Shown here in pieces: positions 1-7,162 of a DNA stretch of 13,441 nt. The number at the start of each line of letters is the position of its first letter. The first letter of the stretch is position 1. A program made the position numbers and the translations under genes. The notes under the pieces were generated by a model, which made no database searches, was not told the origin of the DNA, and was given only the letters and a program-made list of their open reading frames with translations. This DNA is from a bacterium (GTDB lineage: Bacteria > Zhuqueibacterota > Zhuqueibacteria > Oceanimicrobiales > Oceanimicrobiaceae): positions 1-13,441 of the forward strand of contig JBHHYI010000111.1 in the NCBI GenBank assembly GCA_046757525.1, written 5' to 3'.

Positions 1-1867
1 CAAATTCACCTGACTTCAACTGGTATAAATAAATGCCACTGGCGACTTGCTTGCCCGAGTTATCTCTTCCATCCCATGTAACTTGGTAATTACCTGCCGG
101 TTGTTGCTGATTAACTAAGGTGAGAATCTTCTGGCCAAGTGTGTTGTAAATTTCGAGCTTGACGTGGCCTGATTTTGGTAATTGATAACGAATTGTGGTT
201 TCGGGATTGAAGGGGTTTGGGTAGTTTCGCAATAAAACAAATTGCGATGGGATATCGATTTGTGGAGTTTCATCAACACTAACCACGATCGGCTTAGGCA
301 TTATCGCAACATCATCGATATACCAGCCGGAACTAACTTCTCCCCAGTGTCCTTTTGGATGTGATTTTAAATAAAAGCCTATTTGTACTATCTTGTCAGC
401 ATAAGGAGTTAAAGCAATGGGAGGGGGAGAAGTCCATGCATTGCCACCGGTTCCTTTAGCTGTATCTTCGCCAATTGTTTTCCATTCTCCATTTTCTACT
501 TTAATTTGCACATATCCTGTATCCCCAGCTGCGAGGTTAAACCAATGCCAATATCGCAACGTTGGGTTTTTATCAGCAGTTGGAACAATAAAGGGAGGAC
601 TTGTTAATCTGGTATCCACTGGTTCACAATAGTTTCCCCGCACAACAGTTCCAGCACAATTTGGTTCGGAAAAGCATGAGTTAGGCCCGATAGTCGGGGT
701 TCCGACTTCCCAGGTACCTTTGTCCACAAACCAGCTACCTAACCCTGATTCCCAAGTTGTAAGACTATTAATTTCCAAAGGACCTGTTATAACAGCAATA
801 TTATCGATGTACCAGCCAGTGCTCACCTCACCCCAATGGCCAACTGGACATGATTTAAAATAAAGGGCTATTTGTATACTTAAACCGCCATAACTGGTTA
901 GGTCAATGGAAGGATAAGTCCATGCCCCACAGCCGGAACCAGTATAAGGGATTGAAATCGTTTGCCATTCACCATTGTCAATCTTGATTTGTACGAATCC
1001 TGTATCACCTCCCGCTAAACTAAACCAATGCCAGAACCTCAGGCGAGGATTTTCACCTGCACTTGGGACAATGAATGGAGGGCTTATCAATCTGCTTGCC
1101 ACTGGTTCACAATAGTTACCACGCAGAACAGTACCCGCGCTAATTTCTCCGTCAAAAGCACTGCCTGGACCGGTCGTTGGTATTCCTACCTCCCAGGTGC
1201 CTTTATCAACATACCAGTCGCCTATTCCTGACTCCCAATTCTCAAACTCATTAAACACAATAGGACCTGTCATTACACAAACCTCATCGATGTACCAGCC
1301 GGTGCTCACTTCTCCCCAGTGTCCGATTGGACGTGATTTGAAATAGAAGGCTATTTGTACTGTTAAGCCTGCAAAAGGTGTTAAATCAATAAATGGATAA
1401 GTCCATGCACTACAGCCAGAACCTGTATAAGGAATTGAAATAGTTTCCCATTCACCATTCTCAACTTTGATTTGTACGAATCCGGTATCGCCTCCCGCTA
1501 AACTAAACCAATGCCAGAACCTCAGGCGAGGATTTTCAGCTGCACTTGGGACTACGAATGAAGAGTGTCTGAGCAGTCTAGCGTCAACGGGCTCAGAATA
1601 GTTTCCTAAACCTGTCGCAGCACAATTGGGCGGTGAGAAACAAGAATCAGGTCCAGCAGTAGGGACACCAACCTCCCACGTGCCGCCCTGAACGCTCCAA
1701 TGATCAGGCCAGTTCGGGTCTTCCCAATTTTGGGACCATAGGGTATCAGCAGTTTGTGACAAACAAGAGTCATGTAAGGCTAATAGCAGGAAAATGAAAA
1801 ACGCTATTCTGGAAATTTGCAACTTTGTCAACCTTTCGTCTATAGTATCATTACAAATGGTATCCAT
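1..1867 (-). CDS. Secreted protein with three tandem ~161-aa beta-sandwich (MAM/immune-inhibitor-A-like) domains and a C-terminal FlgD-Ig/T9SS type A-like sorting domain; runs off the left end of the window
   Basis: Not in the ORF track. Manual translation is open from ATG 1867 (SD AAAGGAG upstream) to base 2: MDTICNDTIDERLTKLQISRIAFFIFLLLALHDSCLSQ..., three repeats (WEVG.PT.GP...LRFWHWF...GHWGEVS.GWYID), then LLRNYPNPFNPETTIRYQLPKSGHVKLEIYNTLGQ...WDGRDNSGKQVASGIYLYQL. By analogy with the paralog at 8449-10314, only ~10 codons are missing. Confidence 0.9.
   Translation of the reverse strand, partial: MDTICNDTIDERLTKLQISRIAFFIFLLLALHDSCLSQTADTLWSQNWEDPNWPDHWSVQGGTWEVGVPTAGPDSCFSPPNCAATGLGNYSEPVDARLLRHSSFVVPSAAENPRLRFWHWFSLAGGDTGFVQIKVENGEWETISIPYTGSGCSAWTYPFIDLTPFAGLTVQIAFYFKSRPIGHWGEVSTGWYIDEVCVMTGPIVFNEFENWESGIGDWYVDKGTWEVGIPTTGPGSAFDGEISAGTVLRGNYCEPVASRLISPPFIVPSAGENPRLRFWHWFSLAGGDTGFVQIKIDNGEWQTISIPYTGSGCGAWTYPSIDLTSYGGLSIQIALYFKSCPVGHWGEVSTGWYIDNIAVITGPLEINSLTTWESGLGSWFVDKGTWEVGTPTIGPNSCFSEPNCAGTVVRGNYCEPVDTRLTSPPFIVPTADKNPTLRYWHWFNLAAGDTGYVQIKVENGEWKTIGEDTAKGTGGNAWTSPPPIALTPYADKIVQIGFYLKSHPKGHWGEVSSGWYIDDVAIMPKPIVVSVDETPQIDIPSQFVLLRNYPNPFNPETTIRYQLPKSGHVKLEIYNTLGQKILTLVNQQQPAGNYQVTWDGRDNSGKQVASGIYLYQLKSGEF
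300..1735 (-). repeat. Three diverged intragenic tandem repeats, period 483 bp (489 bp at the C-terminal end of repeat 3)
   Basis: GWYID codons at ~1287, ~804 and ~315. The 48-bp block 1008-1055 is identical to 1491-1538. Confidence 0.9.
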
Positions 1868-1952
1868 TTTGAACTCCTTTCTTTATAAATCTCTGCTGAA
1901 ATTAGTCTACATTTGAAAATCACTGCTAGAGTGGGTTTTATTTGTGTTATGG

Positions 1953-2078
1953 TTACATTTGGAAACCCTACCCAACCATGTAACGAAAACGCGCCGCTCT
2001 AAGTGGTTTCGTCACCATCGGTATCGTCAATATTGGTCAAGCCCAGTGTGTAACGTGTATTCGATGAGTAGATAGTTC
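1953..2078 (-). pseudogene. Decayed 3' fragment of a PorT/porin-family (OMP_b-brl_2-like) beta-barrel gene
   Basis: The minus strand reads NYLLIE-[+1]-RYTLGLTNIDDTDGDETT*SGAFSL-[+1]-MVG*GFQM*. This resembles the PorT-family C-terminus (E.RY.LGLTNI...K...FS...GY.F) with two frameshifts and two internal stops. Family recognised by eye only. Confidence 0.5.
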
Positions 2079-2781
2079 GCTAGCAACAAGACTACCTTCA
2101 TTGATTTAAACTAATCTGCCCTGCAACCTCTTGAATTATTACAGAGCAAATAAGTAATCAACCGGAGGAAATTATGAAGTTTTCTAATCTCGCACTTTAA
2201 TATAAAAATCCGCCAAAACCTGCCCCGATCAGAATGGTGTTACCAGTGATGGACTCACTAAATCCCTCAGGTTTGAAACGATCGTAGAGATAACCAACTT
2301 CAATACCAACCGCCAGGTGACCTTTACGAATGAATACGCCACCGGCAAATTTAAATCTTAAACCGCCCTGGTTATCATTACCAAAATCAAGGGATAGATA
2401 GTTAACTCCAGCCCCGACAAACGGAATCATATTCGTGCCAGAATCAAAGAAATAGCCTGCCTTTGGACCAATTCCAAAAGTCGTGGTAGAAAAATCTCCT
2501 TGCGATGCTCGGTTAAGTGATAAGTCTCCTCCGACACCTAAACCGGGAGTAATAAAATAGAATAAACTTGGCACAATCGCGATCGTGGTTACTCTATCGT
2601 CTCTAAAGCCGTCGTAGAGGTCGCCGCCTTGACTGGAGAATGAAAACAGGCCGCTAACGAGCATCGCTCCTGTATCAGTTGCCTCTCTTCCTGTTTGACA
2701 GTGAGCAAAAGTAAATCCCATTAATGAAAGTAAAACAGAAATTACGAAGATCTTGTAGTTCATTTTGGTGCCTCCTTTTGG
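2012..2781. repeat. Copy 1 of a ~770-bp direct duplication (beta-barrel gene + downstream ~185 bp + RBS)
   Basis: Matches 10585-11355 at an offset of 8573. 2067-2529 is identical to 10640-11102. Substitutions cluster in the signal-peptide region. Confidence 0.97.
2197..2763 (-). CDS. Outer-membrane beta-barrel protein (small 8-stranded OmpA/OmpW-like), 188 aa, paralog A'
   Basis: Start moved from 2811 to ATG 2763 (SD AAAGGAGG; same length as the paralog at 10770-11336). Signal peptide, amphipathic Gly/aromatic strands (FGIGPKAGYFF, PFVGAGVNY), C-terminal aromatic residue (GFGGFLY). Confidence 0.88.
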   Translation of the reverse strand: MNYKIFVISVLLSLMGFTFAHCQTGREATDTGAMLVSGLFSFSSQGGDLYDGFRDDRVTTIAIVPSLFYFITPGLGVGGDLSLNRASQGDFSTTTFGIGPKAGYFFDSGTNMIPFVGAGVNYLSLDFGNDNQGGLRFKFAGGVFIRKGHLAVGIEVGYLYDRFKPEGFSESITGNTILIGAGFGGFLY

Positions 2782-2927
2782 ATTGAGTTCATTAAGACGA
2801 TTAGTTATCATTTAGTTACTAATTTGGTCAACAAGCACCTTGCCTTTGAAATCGTCCCATCTTCTGGTCTGGGAAAGCGATCCCGACCTTGTTTGCAACC
2901 ATCCAATCAGAGAAATCCCTCGTTTTA

Positions 2928-4430
2928 CTATTCCGGCAATACAAGCTCGGATGAAACCCCGCTTTTTTCGACTCTGTATTTCCATAGTCCGTTGTCTTCG
3001 AAAACTTCTCGACGTATCGATAAAGGACCCATCAGGTCTATATAGGTGCCGGAGTCCATCAATACCGGATCACGAAATCTATAGAATTGAGTTGCGGTAA
3101 AAACATGAGACCTGTACGGCTTCTTGAAGGGTGTCCAGGAATCAAACTTATGTTCGTCAGGAAAAGCAGTGCCTGTGGTAATTGCGAACTCTTCTATTTG
3201 TGGATTTTCTACAAAATTACCACTGTAAGGAGGAGAAGGAGGTTGAAAAACAGGGATACCATTGTAAGTAAAACAGTCGCCCTCTGCACAATTGTAATCC
3301 ACAATCTCACCTACTATTATCCCGGCTAAATCAGATGGTTTGCCCGACTCAGGGTCCCATTGATATTCGAAAAAGATGACCCCGTTACCATTATCACGTC
3401 CAGTTTTTTGGCGAAAATTGGTAGGCCATGTGCGAACTGAAAAAACCTCCCGATTCACTTCTTCTCCATCATGGATTGCTGCCAATTCTATATTGTTTTT
3501 CTGAGTGCTATTTGCGGTGCCTCTAATCTGTACGGTCGTTGATTGACTGATAATCATTGTTTCTGAGCCGTTGTCAAAGACGGCTGAACCGTCGCCAGCT
3601 ATTGTTCTTAATTTTAGTGTTACGGTTTCTCCAGCAGGTAGTGGTGATGGAGCCAATGTCACTCTGACGCTTTGGTCGTTGGGCTTACTTTGGTTGTAGA
3701 TCGGGATGCGCTCGATCCTTTCCAACTGAACTAAGACCTTATCTTTTGAGATTTCCACACTTCGGAGAGTTGCCGAACCTCCAGCCTCTAGTATGAAAGC
3801 AACTTGACTGACTTTCGCTCCATCAGGCGTAAAGTTAATGACCTCGCTGAAATCTTCGAAGACATTTCTCACAATGAGTTCGGCTCCGTTAAGCTGTTCG
3901 ACGGAATATTGTGTGAAATAGGGTAAACAAATGTTTCCGCTCTCTTGATCGTGATAAAGGGCATATACAACGCTACTGGCGGGATTGCCGTTACGCGCAT
4001 TGTCCAAGAGTCCTAGACCAGCGATGCGACGAGAGAACCGACCTGGCGGATCGACGATGTCAGCCGTTCCAGAGAATGATAGGTTTACCCCCGGTTCAAT
4101 GGGAATAGAAATATCTTGATTCACAATCCAAATCCCTGTACAATCGGTTCTTAACTTCAATATTTTTTTGCCGCCTTGAGAGATTATCTCTGCACGCTGG
4201 GAGTTTGGTCCGCACCCAGGATCTTCATCCGCCACAACCAACCATGGTCCTGCCCTACCTTTGATGATCTCTCCGGGTTTGTAGCTACCCGGATTTGCCT
4301 CTTCCCAGTCTTCCATCCAAATCGTTCCCGTCTCCGAAACAGAGCCTGGGCCGGTTCCGGTGTCACACGCTGCCAGAAGCACGAGTAGAAGGCATAGCAA
4401 GGATACTTGAAACAAATTGTTAAAGTGCAT
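2928..4430 (-). CDS. 500-aa multidomain lipoprotein of unknown function
   Basis: Long ORF with a hydrophobic signal ending in lipobox LAAC, a Gly/Thr/Pro linker and beta-rich domains. Confidence 0.85.
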   Translation of the reverse strand: MHFNNLFQVSLLCLLLVLLAACDTGTGPGSVSETGTIWMEDWEEANPGSYKPGEIIKGRAGPWLVVADEDPGCGPNSQRAEIISQGGKKILKLRTDCTGIWIVNQDISIPIEPGVNLSFSGTADIVDPPGRFSRRIAGLGLLDNARNGNPASSVVYALYHDQESGNICLPYFTQYSVEQLNGAELIVRNVFEDFSEVINFTPDGAKVSQVAFILEAGGSATLRSVEISKDKVLVQLERIERIPIYNQSKPNDQSVRVTLAPSPLPAGETVTLKLRTIAGDGSAVFDNGSETMIISQSTTVQIRGTANSTQKNNIELAAIHDGEEVNREVFSVRTWPTNFRQKTGRDNGNGVIFFEYQWDPESGKPSDLAGIIVGEIVDYNCAEGDCFTYNGIPVFQPPSPPYSGNFVENPQIEEFAITTGTAFPDEHKFDSWTPFKKPYRSHVFTATQFYRFRDPVLMDSGTYIDLMGPLSIRREVFEDNGLWKYRVEKSGVSSELVLPE

Positions 4431-4442
4431 TGCTTTTCTTCT

Positions 4443-4838
4443 TTATTGAAAAAAGTCTTGATCCACGATGATGGTTAGCGTCTCATTTTTTTCCAATCTG
4501 AAAGACACTGTTTTTGTTCTTCCCGTTGAGCAAGTGCCATCCGGCTGACATTCTAAAATCTCGACTTTATCGGCCACTCCAGCTACGACGCCTATAAGGG
4601 CGCAGGAGCGCTCATCGATCAGCGCACTTATCGCGTGCCTCAGAAGCATCTTCGCACTAATTGCTCGGTTTAGCGTATTCACGATCTTAACAAAACTGTT
4701 ATCGCCTGAATTGAAAGCGATGTAGCATTCTATCTCTCCCGGATCCACCACGCTTTCGGAGCTGTTATTGCATCCACTTGCAAATATGCTGAGAAGGATT
4801 AACAAAATGACAGTCTTTTTATGCATGCTGCTCGACAT
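4443..4838 (-). CDS. Small Cys-containing lipoprotein (~131 aa)
   Basis: The true start is probably ATG 4838 (GGAG upstream) or 4826, not 5069, which would overlap the next gene. Signal KKTVILLILLSIFASGC contains a lipobox. Stop lies 12 bp before the next gene's start. Confidence 0.75.
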   Translation of the reverse strand: MSSSMHKKTVILLILLSIFASGCNNSSESVVDPGEIECYIAFNSGDNSFVKIVNTLNRAISAKMLLRHAISALIDERSCALIGVVAGVADKVEILECQPDGTCSTGRTKTVSFRLEKNETLTIIVDQDFFQ

Positions 4839-4882
4839 AACTCTCCGAATTGCTTGTGACAGCCACGTTTTCCGCAATTGGA

Positions 4883-5146
4883 CTATATGTTGGAAATCAT
4901 GGCCAGGAGACCAATGAGCACGGTAATAGCTATCGTAGTAATAACGGCTCCCACTATATTCCGTCTTTTGATTCTGATCTCCCTTGTAGCTTCGCTGATG
5001 CCGTCCGCATTTGCGGATGGGAGGAACAATAGGATGAAGAATCCCGGAATGCCGCCAGCAAGCACCCAAAGAAGTGGATTAAACCCCTTCTTGCTTGCAA
5101 TCATAGCCATTGTGACTGCGACCACAATGACGAATAGTAATCGCAT
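4883..5146 (-). CDS. Small integral membrane protein (87 aa, ~3 TM)
   Basis: SD GAGGT upstream; hydrophobic segments; IASKKGFNPLLWVLAG motif typical of small membrane hypothetical proteins. Confidence 0.8.
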   Translation of the reverse strand: MRLLFVIVVAVTMAMIASKKGFNPLLWVLAGGIPGFFILLFLPSANADGISEATREIRIKRRNIVGAVITTIAITVLIGLLAMISNI

Positions 5147-5195
5147 ATAGCTCTACCTCTTTGTTATCATTTACGTTGATGACCCAAACTTTACG

Positions 5196-5792
5196 TCAAT
5201 ACGCCAGAACGTTGATGGTGAATTTTAGAGACAAAGCATTTGTACTAAATTCACCTCCACCTTCGTCTTTACTGGGCTTGCCCCACAATAAATCAAATCC
5301 CAAGCTCCAATGTTTCGAAAACTCGTAACCCCCACCAAGGACTATTCCAAAGCCGTACATGGTGTCCGAACCCTCCTCAAAAGGTGTGGCCCAAGTCGAA
5401 AACCCAATTCCTCCGCTTAGAAACGGTGACGGTGCTCCTTCGTAAAAGGAATAGGTTGCGCCTACGCCGCCAAATCCATTTGCAATCGTAACGTTATCCC
5501 CAAAGGCATTTTCTAAGCCGAACCAGGAAATCTTGCTCATCCAGTGAATCTGCCAAAGATTGTTAGGGGCATAACCAATCTTGAAATCGCTCATAAAGCT
5601 CAGCTCATTTTGGCGGTCTGAAGTAATACTGATGCCACCAGATTTGAGAGATTGATTAAAAGATGTAAAACCCGGGCCTAGCCCGATACCAAGAATGAAG
5701 CCCTTTCTCTTACCGTCCCATGCAAAGGCTGCGTTTGTAGCACCAACCATCATGACTACAAGCAATGCGGAAATTAAGAGATTACGCATCAT
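5196..5792 (-). CDS. Outer-membrane beta-barrel protein, 198 aa (sequence distinct from the A/A' pair)
   Basis: SD GAGGAGG; signal peptide ending AFA; strands GFILGIGLG, PFLSGGIGF, LGGGYEF; C-terminal aromatic residue (INVLAY). Confidence 0.88.
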   Translation of the reverse strand: MMRNLLISALLVVMMVGATNAAFAWDGKRKGFILGIGLGPGFTSFNQSLKSGGISITSDRQNELSFMSDFKIGYAPNNLWQIHWMSKISWFGLENAFGDNVTIANGFGGVGATYSFYEGAPSPFLSGGIGFSTWATPFEEGSDTMYGFGIVLGGGYEFSKHWSLGFDLLWGKPSKDEGGGEFSTNALSLKFTINVLAY

Positions 5793-5860
5793 GGTGACCT
5801 CCTCAATTATGGTTCAGATTTTTCAACCTCTGATCCAAAAACATATTCAATATGAATTTC

Positions 5861-5940
5861 TTCATAAATCATGCCAGACAGATGAAGGGCCATTTGCCGA
5901 GTTTAATGTGTAGAAGGATCGGGGTGAAACCCCCAACTTT
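5861..5940 (-). promoter_or_regulatory. Duplicated 80-bp upstream element: sigma54-like -24/-12 motif (TGGCATGATTTATGA) plus palindrome GGGGT-TTC-ACCCC
   Basis: 76/80 identical to 11446-11525, and both copies precede a beta-barrel gene. TGGCA at 5876-5872 has GA instead of the canonical GC at -12. Palindrome at 5921-5933. The repeat is certain; the promoter function is inferred. Confidence 0.6.
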
Positions 5941-6111
5941 TCCCTTGTCGCCAATCCCCCGGCTTGGCGGGCGTTCGACCGGCCTCATTCGGTCCCTTTC
6001 TCTCCCTCTAAGGTTGCCTTTCCGCCCGGTAACTGATGGACCACTGATCGGCCACGCGCCCGACTGACATGTACTGCAGCGGGGCTCCGTTCAATCCGTT
6101 CAGGAGCCGGA

Positions 6112-6180
6112 GCCTGACGGCCCCATCGTTGCAGACGGACGCAAAAAACGCGTCCGCTGCTAACTCCTAAGTCGTTAGCG
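6112..6180. other. Degenerate attC-like imperfect hairpin
   Basis: GCCTGAC-9nt-GTTGCAGaCGGACGC-AAAAAAC-GCGTCCGCTGCtAAC-9nt-GTTAGCG. The stem has two extrahelical bases and R-box-like ends, but both ends deviate from RYYYAAC/GTTRRRY. Confidence 0.35.
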
Positions 6181-6288
6181 AGTGATTCATCCGAGATTTT
6201 GTTTTGAAAATTGTCTTCAAATCATTAATAATATCTAAGGATTAAACGCAACCTGATTTTCTCCTCAAAGTCCTCTTTTGAGGATAGA

Positions 6289-6771
6289 TTAGTTCTTTTG
6301 TCCAAGACTCTTATCAGTATAGCGAATCAGTACACCGGTTAAGTGCTCGCTAATCGGGCTTGCATATGTGGGTCCGCCGGGTGGGGTTTCAGTAAGATAC
6401 TCACCGACAAATTCTATCTCAATAATAGCATCTGCTCCATTTTCTCGGGCTATTTTTTTGAATTCCTCTACTCCTTTCATAGGATCTGCTAGTTTATCAA
6501 ATGCCCATTTTTTCTGAGTTTTTGCACTTACCCATGCACGTCCAACAACGACATGATCTCTGGAAGGTGGCTGGCCAGGTTCAAAGTACTTACTCCATTT
6601 CTCAAATCCAGGAAAATCGGCTTGCATGTAATAGAGCTTAACAGGATGGTCTGCTGGATAAGGTTCATAAATGGTTTCACCTGCACGTCGAAAGCTAGAA
6701 CCAGAACCACAACTGATTAAATGCAATCCGACTATTACAATGATGCATTTGAGTTTTGTTGTAATTCGCAT
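6289..6771 (-). CDS. Lipoprotein, 160 aa, with a YbjQ/dodecin-like motif
   Basis: SD GAGGAGG; lipobox-like LISC; KKIARENGADAII matches the 'A..GA[DN]AII' pattern of YbjQ-like folds. Confidence 0.8.
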   Translation of the reverse strand: MRITTKLKCIIVIVGLHLISCGSGSSFRRAGETIYEPYPADHPVKLYYMQADFPGFEKWSKYFEPGQPPSRDHVVVGRAWVSAKTQKKWAFDKLADPMKGVEEFKKIARENGADAIIEIEFVGEYLTETPPGGPTYASPISEHLTGVLIRYTDKSLGQKN

Positions 6772-6825
6772 TTCCGGTTTCCTCCTCTTATTATTTTAAG
6801 AGTTAAGGTTAGAGTTACTCTGCTC

Positions 6826-6855
6826 GTTGGGTTTCGTGCCTCAACCCAACCTACG
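6826..6855 (-). repeat. Single GTAG-type REP element
   Basis: Minus strand CGTAG-GTTGGGTT-GAGGCACGA-AACCCAAC: a GTAG tetranucleotide followed directly by an 8-bp stem hairpin, the architecture of RAYT-associated REPs. Confidence 0.7.
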
Positions 6856-6948
6856 AACCGATGCCACCAAATCCGAACAGGAATCAGGCAACCCAATTTC
6901 GAGAAGACAATCAACGTTGTCTGTCAGTAGGCAATGCCAAGCGTAATC

Positions 6949-7112
6949 TTATTTGAGTGAAGCAAAGGTATGTTTAAGAGCAACGCCAATTCCGACGATG
7001 ACCCAAATGGCTACAAGATAACTTGACCACTTAAGAACATAGTGAAATAGCAGTGCCCCCCAACAGTGATTATTACGCCCAGAAGGATATGACCCCAGGC
7101 TTCTGCATTCAT
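6949..7112 (-). pseudogene. Small two-TM membrane protein gene frameshifted at a G6 homopolymer (7056-7061)
   Basis: SD AGAGGA + ATG 7112. Adding one G gives MNAEAWGHILLGVIITVGGALLFHYVLKWSSYLVAIWVIVGIGVALKHTFASLK* (54 aa, TAA at 6949). As given, the frame stops early after ...VGGHCYFTMFLSGQVIL. Confidence 0.6.
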
Positions 7113-7162
7113 TGCTATAATCCTCTGTTTCTTAGTGTCTCTACCTACCCTGATAATACCGT

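Noticed and set aside
2764..2811. N-terminal extension of barrel A' (204 aa)
   Set aside because: The SD and the paralog length both support ATG 2763.
2866..2894. Hairpin GGTC(T)GGGA/TCCCGACC as a terminator, and AGGCAAGGTGCTTGT (~2831-2845, minus) as a sigma54 site
   Set aside because: The T-rich tail is on the plus strand, where no upstream gene exists, and the promoter match has too many mismatches.
4839..5069. N-terminal extension of the 208-aa ORF
   Set aside because: It overlaps the 4883-5146 gene in another frame, and the lipoprotein signal only begins at ~4826-4838.
5852..6067. 71-aa plus-strand ORF and a ~39-codon minus-strand ORF over the 80-bp element
   Set aside because: No recognisable protein features, and only the 80-bp part is shared with the second copy.
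6136..6156. c-di-GMP-I riboswitch (GGACGCAAA)
   Set aside because: It lacks the upstream GGCAAA...GAAA stem, is on the wrong strand for the neighbouring genes, and is explained by the hairpin.
6262..6284. Hairpin TCCTCAAA/TTTGAGGA just after the 6289 stop as an intrinsic terminator
   Set aside because: No U-tract follows on the minus strand and the stem is weak.
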